A DNA stretch of 64,000 nt from Alphaproteobacteria bacterium (GCA_965261735.1 OZ253470.1:2496001-2560000), one strand, 5' to 3'; counted from the first letter of the stretch, positions 1-10,049 are shown. The notes: generated by a model not told the origin, from the sequence alone. Numbers and translations: made by a program.

Positions 1-1
1 G

Positions 2-1453
2 CGCAGCGACATGGACGGCGGCTGGCGCGCTGGCGCTGACAGTCTTCACCGTGACAATCACGAACGCCGCCGACGGTAGCTGGACATCCGCGATCTCGCT
101 GCCGCTACCTGCCGTGATCAGGATCCTGTCGTCGGCCGGCCAAGGTAGGCTTGCCACGTTGATCGACTGCGGCAGCGCCCGCCACATGCGCGTGTCGGCC
201 TGCGTCGTTGCGGCCGCGGCCATGGTCGTGCCGACCTTCAGCAGCGCGCCGAGCAACGCATTACCCGTTTCATCAGCCGCCTGATGCACAGCAATCTGGG
301 CGACTACCTTCACCACTGCAGACGCGACCGCCTTGGCGATGATCGCATCGTACCCGGCGCGAAACTCCGTCGCCGCGTAGCGGTCGACGTTCAATAGGGG
401 CTCAGTGCGGTAATTTGCGCCGCCGGCCTCCACAATCAGTGAGCCGACCCCGGTAGTCCCGGTTACGAACTCCGGCACAGCGATACCCGCGTAGAGTTGC
501 CCGGTCGGCATGAATACGGGGAGATCGACGCGAAACTCATCAAGACGAGGGCCAATCCCGTCCTCGTGAACGATCCACACTCGGCGGGGTGCCCCGGTAG
601 TGCTGCCGGCTGCCTCCTCGGCCACACGGAAATCTTCCTTCACGTGGCTGTTACGTTCGCCGTTGAGCACGACAGCATTGCGGAACAAGTCAGATGCCCG
701 GTTTGCTTCACCTGTCGCCAGCCGGAACGCACCGTGGAGCCAGTCCGTGAAGGGATTTCTCAAGTCCCTGTATTCACCCAGCGCCCGCACAGCCGCCAAG
801 CGTTTGCCGAGTTCGCCGTCGGGCTTCGTGGCCTCTGCGAGGGTCTGATCGACCTGCTGCGACTGCTCCTCGCTATCCGCCGCCTCCTCCGGATCCTCCT
901 CGGCCAAGGCCCGCACCTTCGAAGCAAGTTGATGGACCGCGTTGGCCTGTCGTTGGTCCGCCCGGTTGAGCTCCACCCGCGCGCGCGCCTCGTCCCCCAT
1001 ATCGAGGGCATTCATCGCCTTATAGGTGTTGATAAGCACGCCATCGTAGATGTTGCCGTGATAGGACGAGATTAAATCGCTTCCGACGATAGTCAGGCCT
1101 TCTTCGAGGAACTCACCAACGTCGGAGATCTCGTCCGCTTTCCACAGGAGCTTCGCCTCGGCCCTGTCGAAGGCAGTCTGCGAGGCGTCGTACGATCCCG
1201 CCGCTCTCAGTGCGGAGCCCACCTGGAGCGAGGTAAGCAGGTTCTCCTCGTCATAGTCGAGCCCGTCTTCGCCGCCGAGCATCGCCGCTGCCCCCGCATA
1301 GTCACCTTGCGAGTAGGGATTCTGGAAGCTGCTGGTTCTTTCGAGATCCGCGGCTCCCGTGCACCCTGCGGCAAGCAGCAGGAGTCCGAGGAGCCCAAAG
1401 CAGGCCGACAGCCGCGCCGACCGAGCTAAAGGAGACAGGAGCACGCGCAACAT
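2..1453 (-). CDS. COG3014-like lipoprotein (3' end runs off the window)
   Basis: Not in the ORF track because it is open to the window edge. Manual translation: MLRVLLSPLARSARLSACFGLLGLLLLAAG-C (lipobox) ... YHGNIYDGVLINTYKAMN ... ARVELNRA ... [18 protein letters not shown] at 1460-1465. Confidence 0.7.
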   Translation of the reverse strand, partial: MLRVLLSPLARSARLSACFGLLGLLLLAAGCTGAADLERTSSFQNPYSQGDYAGAAAMLGGEDGLDYDEENLLTSLQVGSALRAAGSYDASQTAFDRAEAKLLWKADEISDVGEFLEEGLTIVGSDLISSYHGNIYDGVLINTYKAMNALDMGDEARARVELNRADQRQANAVHQLASKVRALAEEDPEEAADSEEQSQQVDQTLAEATKPDGELGKRLAAVRALGEYRDLRNPFTDWLHGAFRLATGEANRASDLFRNAVVLNGERNSHVKEDFRVAEEAAGSTTGAPRRVWIVHEDGIGPRLDEFRVDLPVFMPTGQLYAGIAVPEFVTGTTGVGSLIVEAGGANYRTEPLLNVDRYAATEFRAGYDAIIAKAVASAVVKVVAQIAVHQAADETGNALLGALLKVGTTMAAAATTQADTRMWRALPQSINVASLPWPADDRILITAGSGSEIADVQLPSAAFVIVTVKTVSASAPAAVHVAA

Positions 1454-1477
1454 CTGTAACCTCCCATTTTACCTTAT

Positions 1478-2923
1478 CCGGGATTCCCCGGATTGCTTCT
1501 CCCAACCGCCGACAGTGATAGCAGAATGGGCATCCGACCGCGAATCCGGCCCTGAGCCGTCATGATAGGCTGTAGTCCGCACTTGATCGGGCTGATTTGG
1601 TGATGAGAAGCCCGACCCGGTGACCACTCCGCATTGGGAGGGCGCACTTCGACCTGCGCAGCACACACCTGTCCTGTCGGGCGGCCGGGATTGCCACTGG
1701 ATGGGCCGTTGTCACGGCGGCACAGGGGCCGGCCGCAGCCCATCGATGAGGCGGAGGATTTTTCGGAACAGCTCCCTCGGCACCGCAACCTCCGCCAGTT
1801 GGAAAGTGACGTACCGGCCGTGGCTCACGACCTTGGCACCAATCTTGATCAGCTTCTCCCTGAGCGTGGTCAGAGACCAGTGCTCCACCGCCTTCGGCAA
1901 GGCCAGCGTCCGCATGAAGTTGCCGAGGTTGTAAGCCAGGGCGTGAAGCTGAAGCCGGACCTCGTTGTTGCGGAATTTCTGGCACGACAGGCGCGTCCAC
2001 CGGATGGCATTCTTGCCTTCCTTGATATGCTGTTCCGCTGTGCCCCGCTGGTTGTAAAAGGCCACCACGCGTTCGGCGGGTCGGGTCAGGTTGGTGACGA
2101 TGAAGCCGACCCGGGGAACCAGTTCCCCGGGATGCCATTCAACCCTGGCGACCACCCGGCGCTTCCGGTTCCACGAGGCGGCCTGATAGCTGAAGCTGGC
2201 ATGGAAACGGCGCACATGGTTGGGCGGGCGACCGACGGGACGCGTGAGCAGGTGAGCGATGCTTGCTTGAAGAACCGCGTTGGCCTTGAGACGGATCGCG
2301 TACTTGTAACCCTCGGCTTCCAGGAACTCATAGAGGTCCGGCGAGGCGAAGGCCGCATCGCCTCGGAAGTAGCGCCGCACCTTCCAATCCCGATAACGGG
2401 CAACCACGGGTTCCAGAACGTCGTGCCAGCCATGGGCGCTATGGACGTTGCCGGGGCGCAAGGCGCACCGCTCCAGATCGCCAAACTGGTTGAACACAAA
2501 CAGCGGATGATAGCAGGAACACCCGAAGTGCCCGTTGTAGGCCGTGCCCTCTTGATCGCCGTGGGTTGGGCTCACACTGGAATCCATGTCGAGGATGATC
2601 ACCCTCGGCGGGTGCCGCGCATGCACGCGGTCGATCCATTGGCCTGACAAACCAGCAAGGGCGGTGAGGTTCTCGTCGGTGGCAAGGAACTCGGTCTCGA
2701 AGCGCCCCATCTGACTGGTCGATGCAGCAGCCTTGGCCACGGCGCGACCGCCGACGATCCAGCGCATCGCCGGATCACGACCCAGGCGGTCGGCGTCGTT
2801 CACGTCCTCGTAGCCGCCAAGGCGGCCGAAGACGGACTGCCGGAACAAGCCCTTCATCGCGTGCTGGCCATTCTTGCCCGTGCGCGGATCAACGAGTTCA
2901 TCGCCGACCATTAGGGTCAAGCT
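1478..2923 (-). mobile_element. IS1380-family element, 5'-truncated
   Basis: Transposase ORF plus a probable terminal IR CCGGGATTCCCC at 1478; the other end is replaced by an IS1595 end. Confidence 0.8.
1712..2920 (-). pseudogene. IS1380-family DDE transposase lacking its N-terminus
   Basis: Motifs GYEDVNDAD, ILDMDSS, AYNGHF, FRGDAAF, FYNQRGTAEQHIKEGK. The usual N-terminal TSDAG segment is missing. Confidence 0.85.
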
Positions 2924-3335
2924 TGCCTATCCGGTTAACGCCCATGAACGCTACATGTAGGGTGCCGCCACTCTCCCGAGTAAAGCTCGGCATAGGTTGG
3001 AGCAGAGGTGTCGCCCGCGATGCCGAGCAATGAGCGGAAGGCGTTGAACGGGTAGAACCGCCTGTTGAAGCGGAAGGTGAACTCGTTGAGGTAGGCTTGT
3101 AGGTGCTGGTGGCTAACGCCGTGGTGGATACCGATCAGCCACGTCTTCAGGTTGGCGAAAACCAGATGGATGATCGGCAGGTATTGCTCGGCAACCTCTG
3201 GATCACCACACTCGGCAACAGCGAAGTGCTCATAGCCGCGCTTACCGAGGCCAGCATAGCCGCTCCAATCGTCAGTAACGATCAGCGATCCCGGCGCGAC
3301 GGTGCTCTCGCACGAACCCACAGAGCGACTCGGCA
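2924..3335 (-). mobile_element. IS1595-family transposase C-terminal remnant with right end
   Basis: IVTDDWSGY ... HLVFANLKTWLIGIHHGVSHQHLQAYLNEFTFRFNRR; likely end TGCCTATCCGGTT at 2924; apparent frameshift near 3310; N-terminal part absent. Confidence 0.8.
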
Positions 3336-3376
3336 GGCAAGGAACGAACTGGCCCAACGTTGTGCGTAGCAAGTGT

Positions 3377-4208
3377 TCATGCCTCTTCCCTGTCCTGCTC
3401 TCGCCAGCGTTCCAGCATGGCCTGCCCAGGCGCGACGCTACCTTCCTTTTCTATCCACAGGTCCTTAACCCTCCCGAAGGAGAGGTGCCCGCCTTCTTCC
3501 TTCGGCAATACACGCGCGACGGCATCACAAGGCGTCTCGTCCTCTGATGCATCGTTGCGCGTTGGGTGCCTGCCGGTCAGGTAGGCGAGAGTTGCAACGG
3601 TGTGGATGATGTATCTGTCGCGCAACCAGTTCTGCCCCGGCCTCCCTCCCCCTCGCGGCGGCGGCTCCTGAAACCGGGATGCTGCTGACCACTCGCGGAG
3701 CTCTCGCGGGATAGGCTCGCCGGTCCGATCGAACATCGCCAAGAGAGATCGGAGGATACGCTGCCCCTCCTTCCCCGGATCGCCATCGCACCCGGCGTGT
3801 TCAATGCGCGATGTACAATTCAGGCACAGGCCGTTGCGGTAGTATTCAAATAGAAACTTGACGAAACTTGCTTCCCAAACCTCAGCCTGCGTCAGCGCGT
3901 CGCCAAACACCGGGTGGTTCACATTGTCAAGCGGGCGGCCATCGCTCCTGCCGAACAGGCGAGAGCGCGCCTCCTTCACCATTCCGTCGAAGTCGAGGTC
4001 GTCACTAAGGGAGCCGGCCCGGAAGGGCGGTTTCCCCGTACCCAGGAGTTCCAGGTCGCGCAGGTCGGCGCTTGTGGTGCCCGTCGGGATACTTGTCAGC
4101 AACATTCTTCATCACCGCTTTGCTATCTTCAAACTGGCGGAGGAAGGCGTCGTGCTTCTCTTGCTGAGCCTCCGTGTGCGGCTGACAGGGACATTCCGAG
4201 CTATTCAT
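3377..4208 (-). CDS. Island hypothetical protein downstream of the integrase (probably frameshifted near 4080)
   Basis: 242-aa ORF 3377-4105. An ATG at 4208 overlapping the integrase end reads MNSSEC...DKYPDG and would join this frame if one G were removed. Confidence 0.45.
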
Positions 4209-5391
4209 GCGCCCGGACCATCGGCACGACACGCCCAGTGCCCCCTTCCAGGTAGCCCGCCCACTGGTCCATGAGCCCACGGCGGCGTTCGAACAGATCG
4301 GAGCGCGCATAGGCCGCCTCAACGGCGTTGCCGACGGAGTGGGCAAGGCTCAACTCCATGACGGCGTGCTTCGCATTCGTGCATTCAGCGGCGAAGTCGC
4401 GAAACGAGCTGCGGAAACCGTGGACCGTCGCCCGGTCAGCGACCCCGATCCTGCGCAACAGCGCGGTGAGGGTCATGTCGCTCAGCGGCCGGCCGGGCAG
4501 GGAAGGTGACGGGAACACCAGACCGCTTCCGTCGTCGATGGCGCGTACCTCTTCAAGAATTTCCAGTGCGCACCCGCACAGGGGAACGCGATGTTCGGCG
4601 TTCGCCTTCATGCGGGACGCCGGCACCGTCCAGGTGGCCGCGTCCATGTCGATTTCGCTCCAGGCGGCACCCCGCGCCTCGCCGCTCCGCACGGCCGTCA
4701 AGATCAGAAACTCAAGGCACCACTTGGCCGCCAGGGACGCTTGAGACTGTCGTACCGCCTCGACTAACCCTCCGACTTCCTGATAGGGCAACGCCCGCAG
4801 GTGGTTCTTGACCTTCGGCATCGCCGGCAGCGCGCCGTCGATGACCTCGCCTGCCGCGTTGTGCTCGACGAAGCGGTGAGCCTGGGCCCACTTGAGGATG
4901 GTACGGACACGCTGGCGAACCCGGCGCGCGGTCTCCGGCGTGGTCCCCCAGATCGGCGTCAGGACGCGAAGCACGTCCTCCTGGTTGATGGTGTCCACCG
5001 GCATGTTGCCAAGGACCGGGTAGGCGTGGCGTTCGAGCGACTGGAGCCAAGTCACCGTGTGCTTGCCGTTGCGCCAGCGCGGGCGGTTTGCTTCGAAGAC
5101 CCGTTCGGCCGCCTCGTGAAAGGTCGGAACGGAGGTCCGGCGCTTCTCGGCGAGCGGATCGCCGCCCGATGCGATCAGCGCTCGGTTGCGCGCTGCCGCC
5201 TCACGCGCTTGGGCGAGCCCCACATCGGGGAAACGCCCGAGACCGATATCGCGTCGCCGACCCCCATACTTGATGCGCTGTATCCAGGAGCGCGCGTCAC
5301 CACGTCCGATCTTCAGATAGAGCCCGACGCCATCGCCGTACATTCCGGGCGCCTTTAGCGTCCGCAAGCGCGTCGCCGTCAGCTTTCCCAT
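4201..5391 (-). CDS. P4-like tyrosine integrase with arm-binding domain
   Basis: N-terminal DGVGLYL...RSW...RRRDIGLGRFP; catalytic TAVRSGE, RMK, HGFRSSF, LAH, AAY; adjacent to the tRNA 3' end. Confidence 0.95.
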   Translation of the reverse strand: MGKLTATRLRTLKAPGMYGDGVGLYLKIGRGDARSWIQRIKYGGRRRDIGLGRFPDVGLAQAREAAARNRALIASGGDPLAEKRRTSVPTFHEAAERVFEANRPRWRNGKHTVTWLQSLERHAYPVLGNMPVDTINQEDVLRVLTPIWGTTPETARRVRQRVRTILKWAQAHRFVEHNAAGEVIDGALPAMPKVKNHLRALPYQEVGGLVEAVRQSQASLAAKWCLEFLILTAVRSGEARGAAWSEIDMDAATWTVPASRMKANAEHRVPLCGCALEILEEVRAIDDGSGLVFPSPSLPGRPLSDMTLTALLRRIGVADRATVHGFRSSFRDFAAECTNAKHAVMELSLAHSVGNAVEAAYARSDLFERRRGLMDQWAGYLEGGTGRVVPMVRAHE

Positions 5392-5412
5392 CGCGCCATC
5401 CCCTCACTCCCA

Positions 5413-5469
5413 ACATGTATCCCCACACGGATGCTGAGAAGACATGTATCCCCACACGGATGCTGAGAA
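5413..5469. repeat. Perfect 28-bp tandem direct repeat (period 29)
   Basis: ACATGTATCCCCACACGGATGCTGAGAA at 5413-5440 and 5442-5469. Confidence 0.95.
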
Positions 5470-5533
5470 AATAAGAGAATGTGCCGGAAGGTTCAAGAAC
5501 AAATATCCCTGTAATTCAAAGTCTTAAGTGAAT

Positions 5534-5562
5534 TCCCCGGACACCTGAGGAATGTCCGGGGA
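5534..5562. other. Inverted repeat downstream of the tRNA (att-associated hairpin or terminator)
   Basis: TCCCCGGACA-N9-TGTCCGGGGA. Confidence 0.6.
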
Positions 5563-5569
5563 GGGGGAT

Positions 5570-5645
5570 TGGTGGAGCCGAGGGGAATCGAACCCCTGAC
5601 CTCGACATTGCGAACGTCGCGCTCTCCCAACTGAGCTACGGCCCC
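5570..5645 (-). tRNA. tRNA-Ala(CGC)
   Basis: GGGGCCGTAGCTCAGTTGGGAGAGCG...TT-CGC-AA...GGTTCGATTCCCCTCGGCTCCACCA; 76 nt, encoded CCA, G3:U70 pair. Confidence 0.97.
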
Positions 5646-5684
5646 ATGGGGCGCCGCGGCAAGATCGCGCCGCGGGCGGGGGCG

Positions 5685-5713
5685 ATCATCGTGCCGCGCA
5701 CCAGGGCTGTCAA
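5685..5713 (-). promoter_or_regulatory. Sigma70 promoter for tRNA-Ala
   Basis: TTGACA-N17-GATGAT on the minus strand. Confidence 0.65.
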
Positions 5714-5832
5714 GGCGACCGCGCGCGCGGGTGCGGAGGGCACGCGAGCGCCGCTTTGACCCTGGCCCGTGCGCGGCCCGTGATGTAGGGTACGCGCGCG
5801 AAACCTCCCGTCCTGAGCCGCGGACGCCCGCG

Positions 5833-6108
5833 ATGCACCCTATCTTCGAAGTCCTGTTCATCGTCATCGACCTCTACACCTGGGTTCTCATCCTGGCGGT
5901 GATCTCGAGCTGGCTGATCGCGTTCAGCGTGATCAACCGCAGCAACCAGCTCGTCCACATGATCACCGACCTCCTGTTCCGCATCACCGAGCCGGCGCTG
6001 GCGCCGATTCGCCGCCGCCTGCCCCACCTCGGCGGTATCGACATCTCACCCTTCGTGCTCATCCTCGGGCTCTATTTCCTCAAGCGGCTGATCGTCTACT
6101 ACGCCTGA
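5833..6108 (+). CDS. yggT: YggT family membrane protein
   Basis: SWLIAF..IN, ITEPAL.PIRR, GGIDISP. Confidence 0.92.
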   Translation: MHPIFEVLFIVIDLYTWVLILAVISSWLIAFSVINRSNQLVHMITDLLFRITEPALAPIRRRLPHLGGIDISPFVLILGLYFLKRLIVYYA

Positions 6109-6154
6109 GCCTCGGGCCCCCGAAACCTCGCCCTTTGCCGCCGTCGCCGGTGGC

Positions 6155-6451
6155 GTGCGCATTTGGTTGCGCGTGATCCCGAAGTCGGCGCACGCCGGCG
6201 TGGACGGCATCGTGAGCGATGCGCGCGGCGCGGCCCTCAAGGTGCGCGTCACGTCGGCGCCCGAGAGGGGCCGTGCCAATGCCGCGCTGCTCAAGCTGCT
6301 CGCGCGCGAGTGGGGGCGTGCGGCAAGCCGGCTCGCTGTGGTCGCCGGCGCGGGCGCGCGGCGCAAGACCGTGCTCGCCGCGGGCGATGCGGAGGCGCTG
6401 TTGCGAAGCTTGCGCGCTTGGGCTAAACGGCATCATGGGCAGCGAGGCTGA
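6155..6451 (+). CDS. yggU: DUF167/YggU family protein (start uncertain)
   Basis: [25 protein letters not shown]; located between yggT and folD. Confidence 0.85.
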   Translation: MRIWLRVIPKSAHAGVDGIVSDARGAALKVRVTSAPERGRANAALLKLLAREWGRAASRLAVVAGAGARRKTVLAAGDAEALLRSLRAWAKRHHGQRG

Positions 6452-7364
6452 GGGCGGCGCGCGCCTCATCGACGGCAAGGCCATGGCGGCCGAGATGCGC
6501 GCCCGGCTGGCGGCCCGGGTCAGCGAACTCAAGGCGCGCCACGGCCTCACGCCCGGGCTCGCCGTGGTGCTCGTAGGCGATGATCCGGCGAGCGCCATCT
6601 ACGTGCGCAACAAGGGTAAGGCGGCAGCGGGCGCCGGCATGGCGGCGGCGGACACGCGCCTGCCGGCGGACGCCAGCGAAGAGGCCGTACTCGCCGAGGT
6701 CGCACGCCTCAGCGCGGATACACATGTGCATGGTATCCTCGTGCAGCTGCCCCTGCCGGCGCACATCGACGCCGCCCGCGTCGTCGCCGCCATCGACCCC
6801 GACAAGGACGTCGACGGCCTGCACGTCGTCAGTGCCGGCCGCCTCGCCACCGGCCAGCCGGGCTTGGTGCCGTGCACGCCGACGGGCTGCCTGCTCATGA
6901 TCCGCGCCCATGCCGGGCCGCTTCCGGGCCGGCGGGCACTGGTCGTCGGGCGCTCGAACCTGGTCGGCAAGCCGCTGGCGGCGCTGCTGCTCGGCGAGCA
7001 CTGCACCGTCACCATCGCCCATTCGCGGACCCGTGAGCTCGCCGCCGAGTGCCGCCGCGCCGACATCCTGGTCGCCGCCATCGGGCGGCCCGAGCTCGTG
7101 CGCGGCGATTGGATCAAGCCCGGGGCCGTGGTCATCGACGTTGGCATCAACCGGGTGGCCGCGAGCGCGGCGGGCCGCCTCGTGGGCGACGTCGCCTTCG
7201 CCGAGGCGCGCGCCGTGGCCGCAGCCATCACCCCGGTGCCGGGGGGCGTGGGCCCGATGACCATCGCCTGCCTGCTGGAGAACACGTTCACCGCCGCCTG
7301 CGCGCAGAACCGCATCGAGCCGCCGGCCGCACCTACCGCACCTGCCGCACCCCCGCAGTCGTAG
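6435..7364 (+). CDS. folD: Methylenetetrahydrofolate dehydrogenase/cyclohydrolase
   Basis: [38 protein letters not shown]. Confidence 0.97.
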   Translation: MGSEAEGGARLIDGKAMAAEMRARLAARVSELKARHGLTPGLAVVLVGDDPASAIYVRNKGKAAAGAGMAAADTRLPADASEEAVLAEVARLSADTHVHGILVQLPLPAHIDAARVVAAIDPDKDVDGLHVVSAGRLATGQPGLVPCTPTGCLLMIRAHAGPLPGRRALVVGRSNLVGKPLAALLLGEHCTVTIAHSRTRELAAECRRADILVAAIGRPELVRGDWIKPGAVVIDVGINRVAASAAGRLVGDVAFAEARAVAAAITPVPGGVGPMTIACLLENTFTAACAQNRIEPPAAPTAPAAPPQS

Positions 7365-7395
7365 GCTCGCTGCCGCCCTTGCGCCGTGGTGAGAA

Positions 7396-7407
7396 ATGTA
7401 TATACAT
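7396..7407. promoter_or_regulatory. AT-rich palindrome, candidate MarR operator
   Basis: ATGTATATACAT perfect palindrome upstream of the MarR gene in a GC-rich background. Confidence 0.5.
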
Positions 7408-7519
7408 GTATTGTGGCGCCGGGCACTTCGACAGGGGTGGCGGTGGGCAAGAAATGGGAGGCCGCGAGGCGGCCACCGGTCGGGGCGTGCGCGCCCGTGA
7501 AGAGGAGGTTGGCAACGAT

Positions 7520-8020
7520 ATGAGGCGAAAACGGGACGGCGAGCCGAGCGCCACCGGGCCGGGTCGCGCCGCGGCGCCGCTATCGTCGCAGGTCGCCGAG
7601 GTGAAACGGATTTGCGTGTGCGCGCACCTGCGCGGCACCGCGCGCGCGGTCACCCAGGTGTTCGATGCCGCGCTGCAGCCGACCGGCCTGCGGGCGACTC
7701 AGCTCACGGTTCTGATCGCCGTCGCGGCCGCCCCCGGCGCGCCCATGAGCAGCCTCGCCGAGGCGCTAGTGATGGACCGCACCACGCTCACGCGCAACCT
7801 TCGGCCACTCGAGAGGCAGGGCCTGATCCGCATCGCCCCGGGCCGCGACCGGCGCAGCCGCGAGGTCACGCTGACCCGGAACGGCGGCGCTCTTCTGCGC
7901 CGGGCGCTGCCGTTGTGGGAGCGGGCGCAGGCGCGCATCGTGGGCGGCCTTGGAGATGAGCGCTGGCGCGGCATGCTCACTGACCTGTCAGCGACCGTGG
8001 CGCTCACGGGCGAGGCCTAG
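7520..8020 (+). CDS. MarR family regulator
   Basis: CVCAHLR...TQLTVL...LAEALVMDRTTLTRNL...DRRSR; GAGGAGG upstream. Confidence 0.9.
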   Translation: MRRKRDGEPSATGPGRAAAPLSSQVAEVKRICVCAHLRGTARAVTQVFDAALQPTGLRATQLTVLIAVAAAPGAPMSSLAEALVMDRTTLTRNLRPLERQGLIRIAPGRDRRSREVTLTRNGGALLRRALPLWERAQARIVGGLGDERWRGMLTDLSATVALTGEA

Positions 8021-8254
8021 GGGCATTCGACCGTGAGCGCCGCCACGCGACATCGAATGAGCGCAAAGCAACGGTTGGACCCAACTCGCATTTGCACTTC
8101 GTCGGCCCCCCCGTCCGCCCTAGAATAGCCCCACACGATCGCGCCTCGAGGAAACCGAGGGCCGACCCGGTTCGCCCCTCGACCGCGTGGCGCGATCCTC
8201 CGCGCGGTCCCGTCTTCGGGCGGCGCTAAGGCGGAGACTGTAGGGGGACCCGAT

Positions 8255-8668
8255 ATGTCGACCGAACTGCTTTATCTCTTTCTGACGTCGATCTTGCTCG
8301 CGATGATGTGGATTCCGCACATCACCCTGCAGGTACGCCATTACGGACTGCTGCAGCCGGAGGACTACGTCACGCTGCGCGATGGCGCGGCGGCGCCCAA
8401 CTGGGTCAAGCGCGCCGACCGCGCGCACGTCAATCTGGTTGAGCAGTTCGGCGCCTTTGCGGGCCTCGTCGTGGTCGGGCAGCTCGTGCAAGTGTCGACG
8501 GCGCTGACGGCCGGCGCGGCGGCGGTCTTTTTCTGGGCCCGCATCGTCCATGCCGTCGTGATCATCAGTGGCTTCAAGCATTTCATGGCGCGGACGATGA
8601 TCTTCACGGTCGCCTGGATCGCGCTGCTGGTGTACGCATGGGAGATTGCAGCAGCGAAGCTCTTTTGA
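8255..8668 (+). CDS. MAPEG family membrane protein
   Basis: RADRAHVNLVE, FFWARIVH, four hydrophobic helices. Confidence 0.85.
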   Translation: MSTELLYLFLTSILLAMMWIPHITLQVRHYGLLQPEDYVTLRDGAAAPNWVKRADRAHVNLVEQFGAFAGLVVVGQLVQVSTALTAGAAAVFFWARIVHAVVIISGFKHFMARTMIFTVAWIALLVYAWEIAAAKLF

Positions 8669-8765
8669 AGCCGCGCTCCCGAAGCTCCTCACGGCCCCGG
8701 CCCAGGGTCGGGCCTCACGAGCCGAGAGCCCGGACGCCGTTGGCCCTCGTTTCGGCGTACGTGTC

Positions 8766-9992
8766 CTAGAGCGGGGCGCCGCTCAGCAGGCGCGGTAGCT
8801 TGCCGGTGTTGCCGCCGGCGTGGCGCATGAAGAAGCGTTTCACCGGGGCGAGGCGATCGACCGCCGCGAGGCCGGCGCCGCGGGCTACCTTGAGCGGCGC
8901 GATGTCGTTGGAGAACAGGCGGTTGAGGCCGTCGGTCACGGCCAACAGCACGACGTTGTCGAAGCGGCGCCAGCGCTGGTAGCGCTCGAGCACGTCGAGC
9001 GCGCCGATGTCGAGGCCGAGGCGCGCCGCCTCGATCACCACCTCGGCGAGCGCGGCGGCATCGCGCAAGCCCATGTTGAGGCCCTGCCCGGCGATCGGGT
9101 GGAGCCCGTGCGCGGCATCGCCGATGAGGGCTAGTCTTGGTGCGATATAGCTCTCGGCGTGGTGCAGCGCCAGTGGATAGCTCCAGCGCGGCCCGACGAC
9201 GCGCATGAGCCCGAGGAAGTCGCCGAAGCGGCGCGCGACCTCGGCGCGGAAGGCGGGCGCATCGAGCGCCATGAGGTCCGGGACCAGCGCCTTGTCCTCC
9301 GTCCACACCAGCGACGAGCGTTGACCGGTGAGCGGGAGAATGGCGAACGGGCCGGCCGTGAAGAAGCGCTCGTGCGCGATACCGCGGTGCGGCTCCGCGT
9401 GCGATACGGTGCACACGATCCCCGCCTGGCCGTAGGTCCAGCCGAGCGCCGCAATGCCGGCCGCGGCGCGGGTCGGCGAGTTCCTGCCATCGGCGCCCAC
9501 GGCCAGCCGAGCGCGCACAACGGCGCCGCCCTTGAGCCGGGCCGTGACCGCGCCGGGTCCGCGCTCGAGCGCCGAGACGGCGGCGGGCGCGCGCAGTGTG
9601 AGCCCCGGGACCCCGCGCACAGCGCGATAGAGCGCGCGGCGGATGTGGCGGTTCTCGACCATGAAGCCGATGGGCGAGTCGCCGATTTCGCGGTGATCGT
9701 AGTGCAGGAACACGGGTCGGTCGCCCTCCGACACCCGGATGTCGAGAATGGACTCCGCCTCGGCCGCCATGCCCGGCCACACGCCGATCGCCTCGAGCGC
9801 CCGTTTGGAGCTCTCGGCGAGGGCCGAGGCGCGCCCGTCGAAGGGGAGCGCGCTTGCGACCTCGGGCGCCTCGCGGTCGACGACCGTCACGCCAAACCCG
9901 GTACGCGCGGCGGCGATGGCGAAGACGAGGCCAACCATGCCGCCGCCGACGACCAGGATGTCAGCATAGGGGATTCGCGGGCGCGCGGTCAT
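8766..9992 (-). CDS. UbiH/UbiL-type FAD-dependent ubiquinone hydroxylase
   Basis: GGGMVG, DGRASA, GADG, GDAAH.LHPIAGQGLNMGLRD, DNVVL..TDGLNRLFSN. Confidence 0.92.
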   Translation of the reverse strand: MTARPRIPYADILVVGGGMVGLVFAIAAARTGFGVTVVDREAPEVASALPFDGRASALAESSKRALEAIGVWPGMAAEAESILDIRVSEGDRPVFLHYDHREIGDSPIGFMVENRHIRRALYRAVRGVPGLTLRAPAAVSALERGPGAVTARLKGGAVVRARLAVGADGRNSPTRAAAGIAALGWTYGQAGIVCTVSHAEPHRGIAHERFFTAGPFAILPLTGQRSSLVWTEDKALVPDLMALDAPAFRAEVARRFGDFLGLMRVVGPRWSYPLALHHAESYIAPRLALIGDAAHGLHPIAGQGLNMGLRDAAALAEVVIEAARLGLDIGALDVLERYQRWRRFDNVVLLAVTDGLNRLFSNDIAPLKVARGAGLAAVDRLAPVKRFFMRHAGGNTGKLPRLLSGAPL

Positions 9993-9998
9993 CGCGCC

Positions 9999-10049
9999 AC
10001 CATGTCGGCCGGCCGCGGCGTTGTCCAGCCTCACCGGTTTGACTAGAGT
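9999..10049. promoter_or_regulatory. Overlapping divergent sigma70 promoters
   Basis: Plus strand: TTGTCC-N17-TAGAGT-N6-ATG(10056). Minus strand: TGGACA-N17-CATGGT-N6-ATG(9992). Confidence 0.55.

Noticed and set aside
497-1075. 192-aa plus-strand ORF
   Set aside because: Antisense to the lipoprotein gene at 2-1453.
1634-2647. 337-aa plus-strand ORF
   Set aside because: Antisense to the IS1380 transposase.
5413-5469. Possible mini-CRISPR
   Set aside because: Two repeats separated by 1 bp, no spacer and no cas genes.
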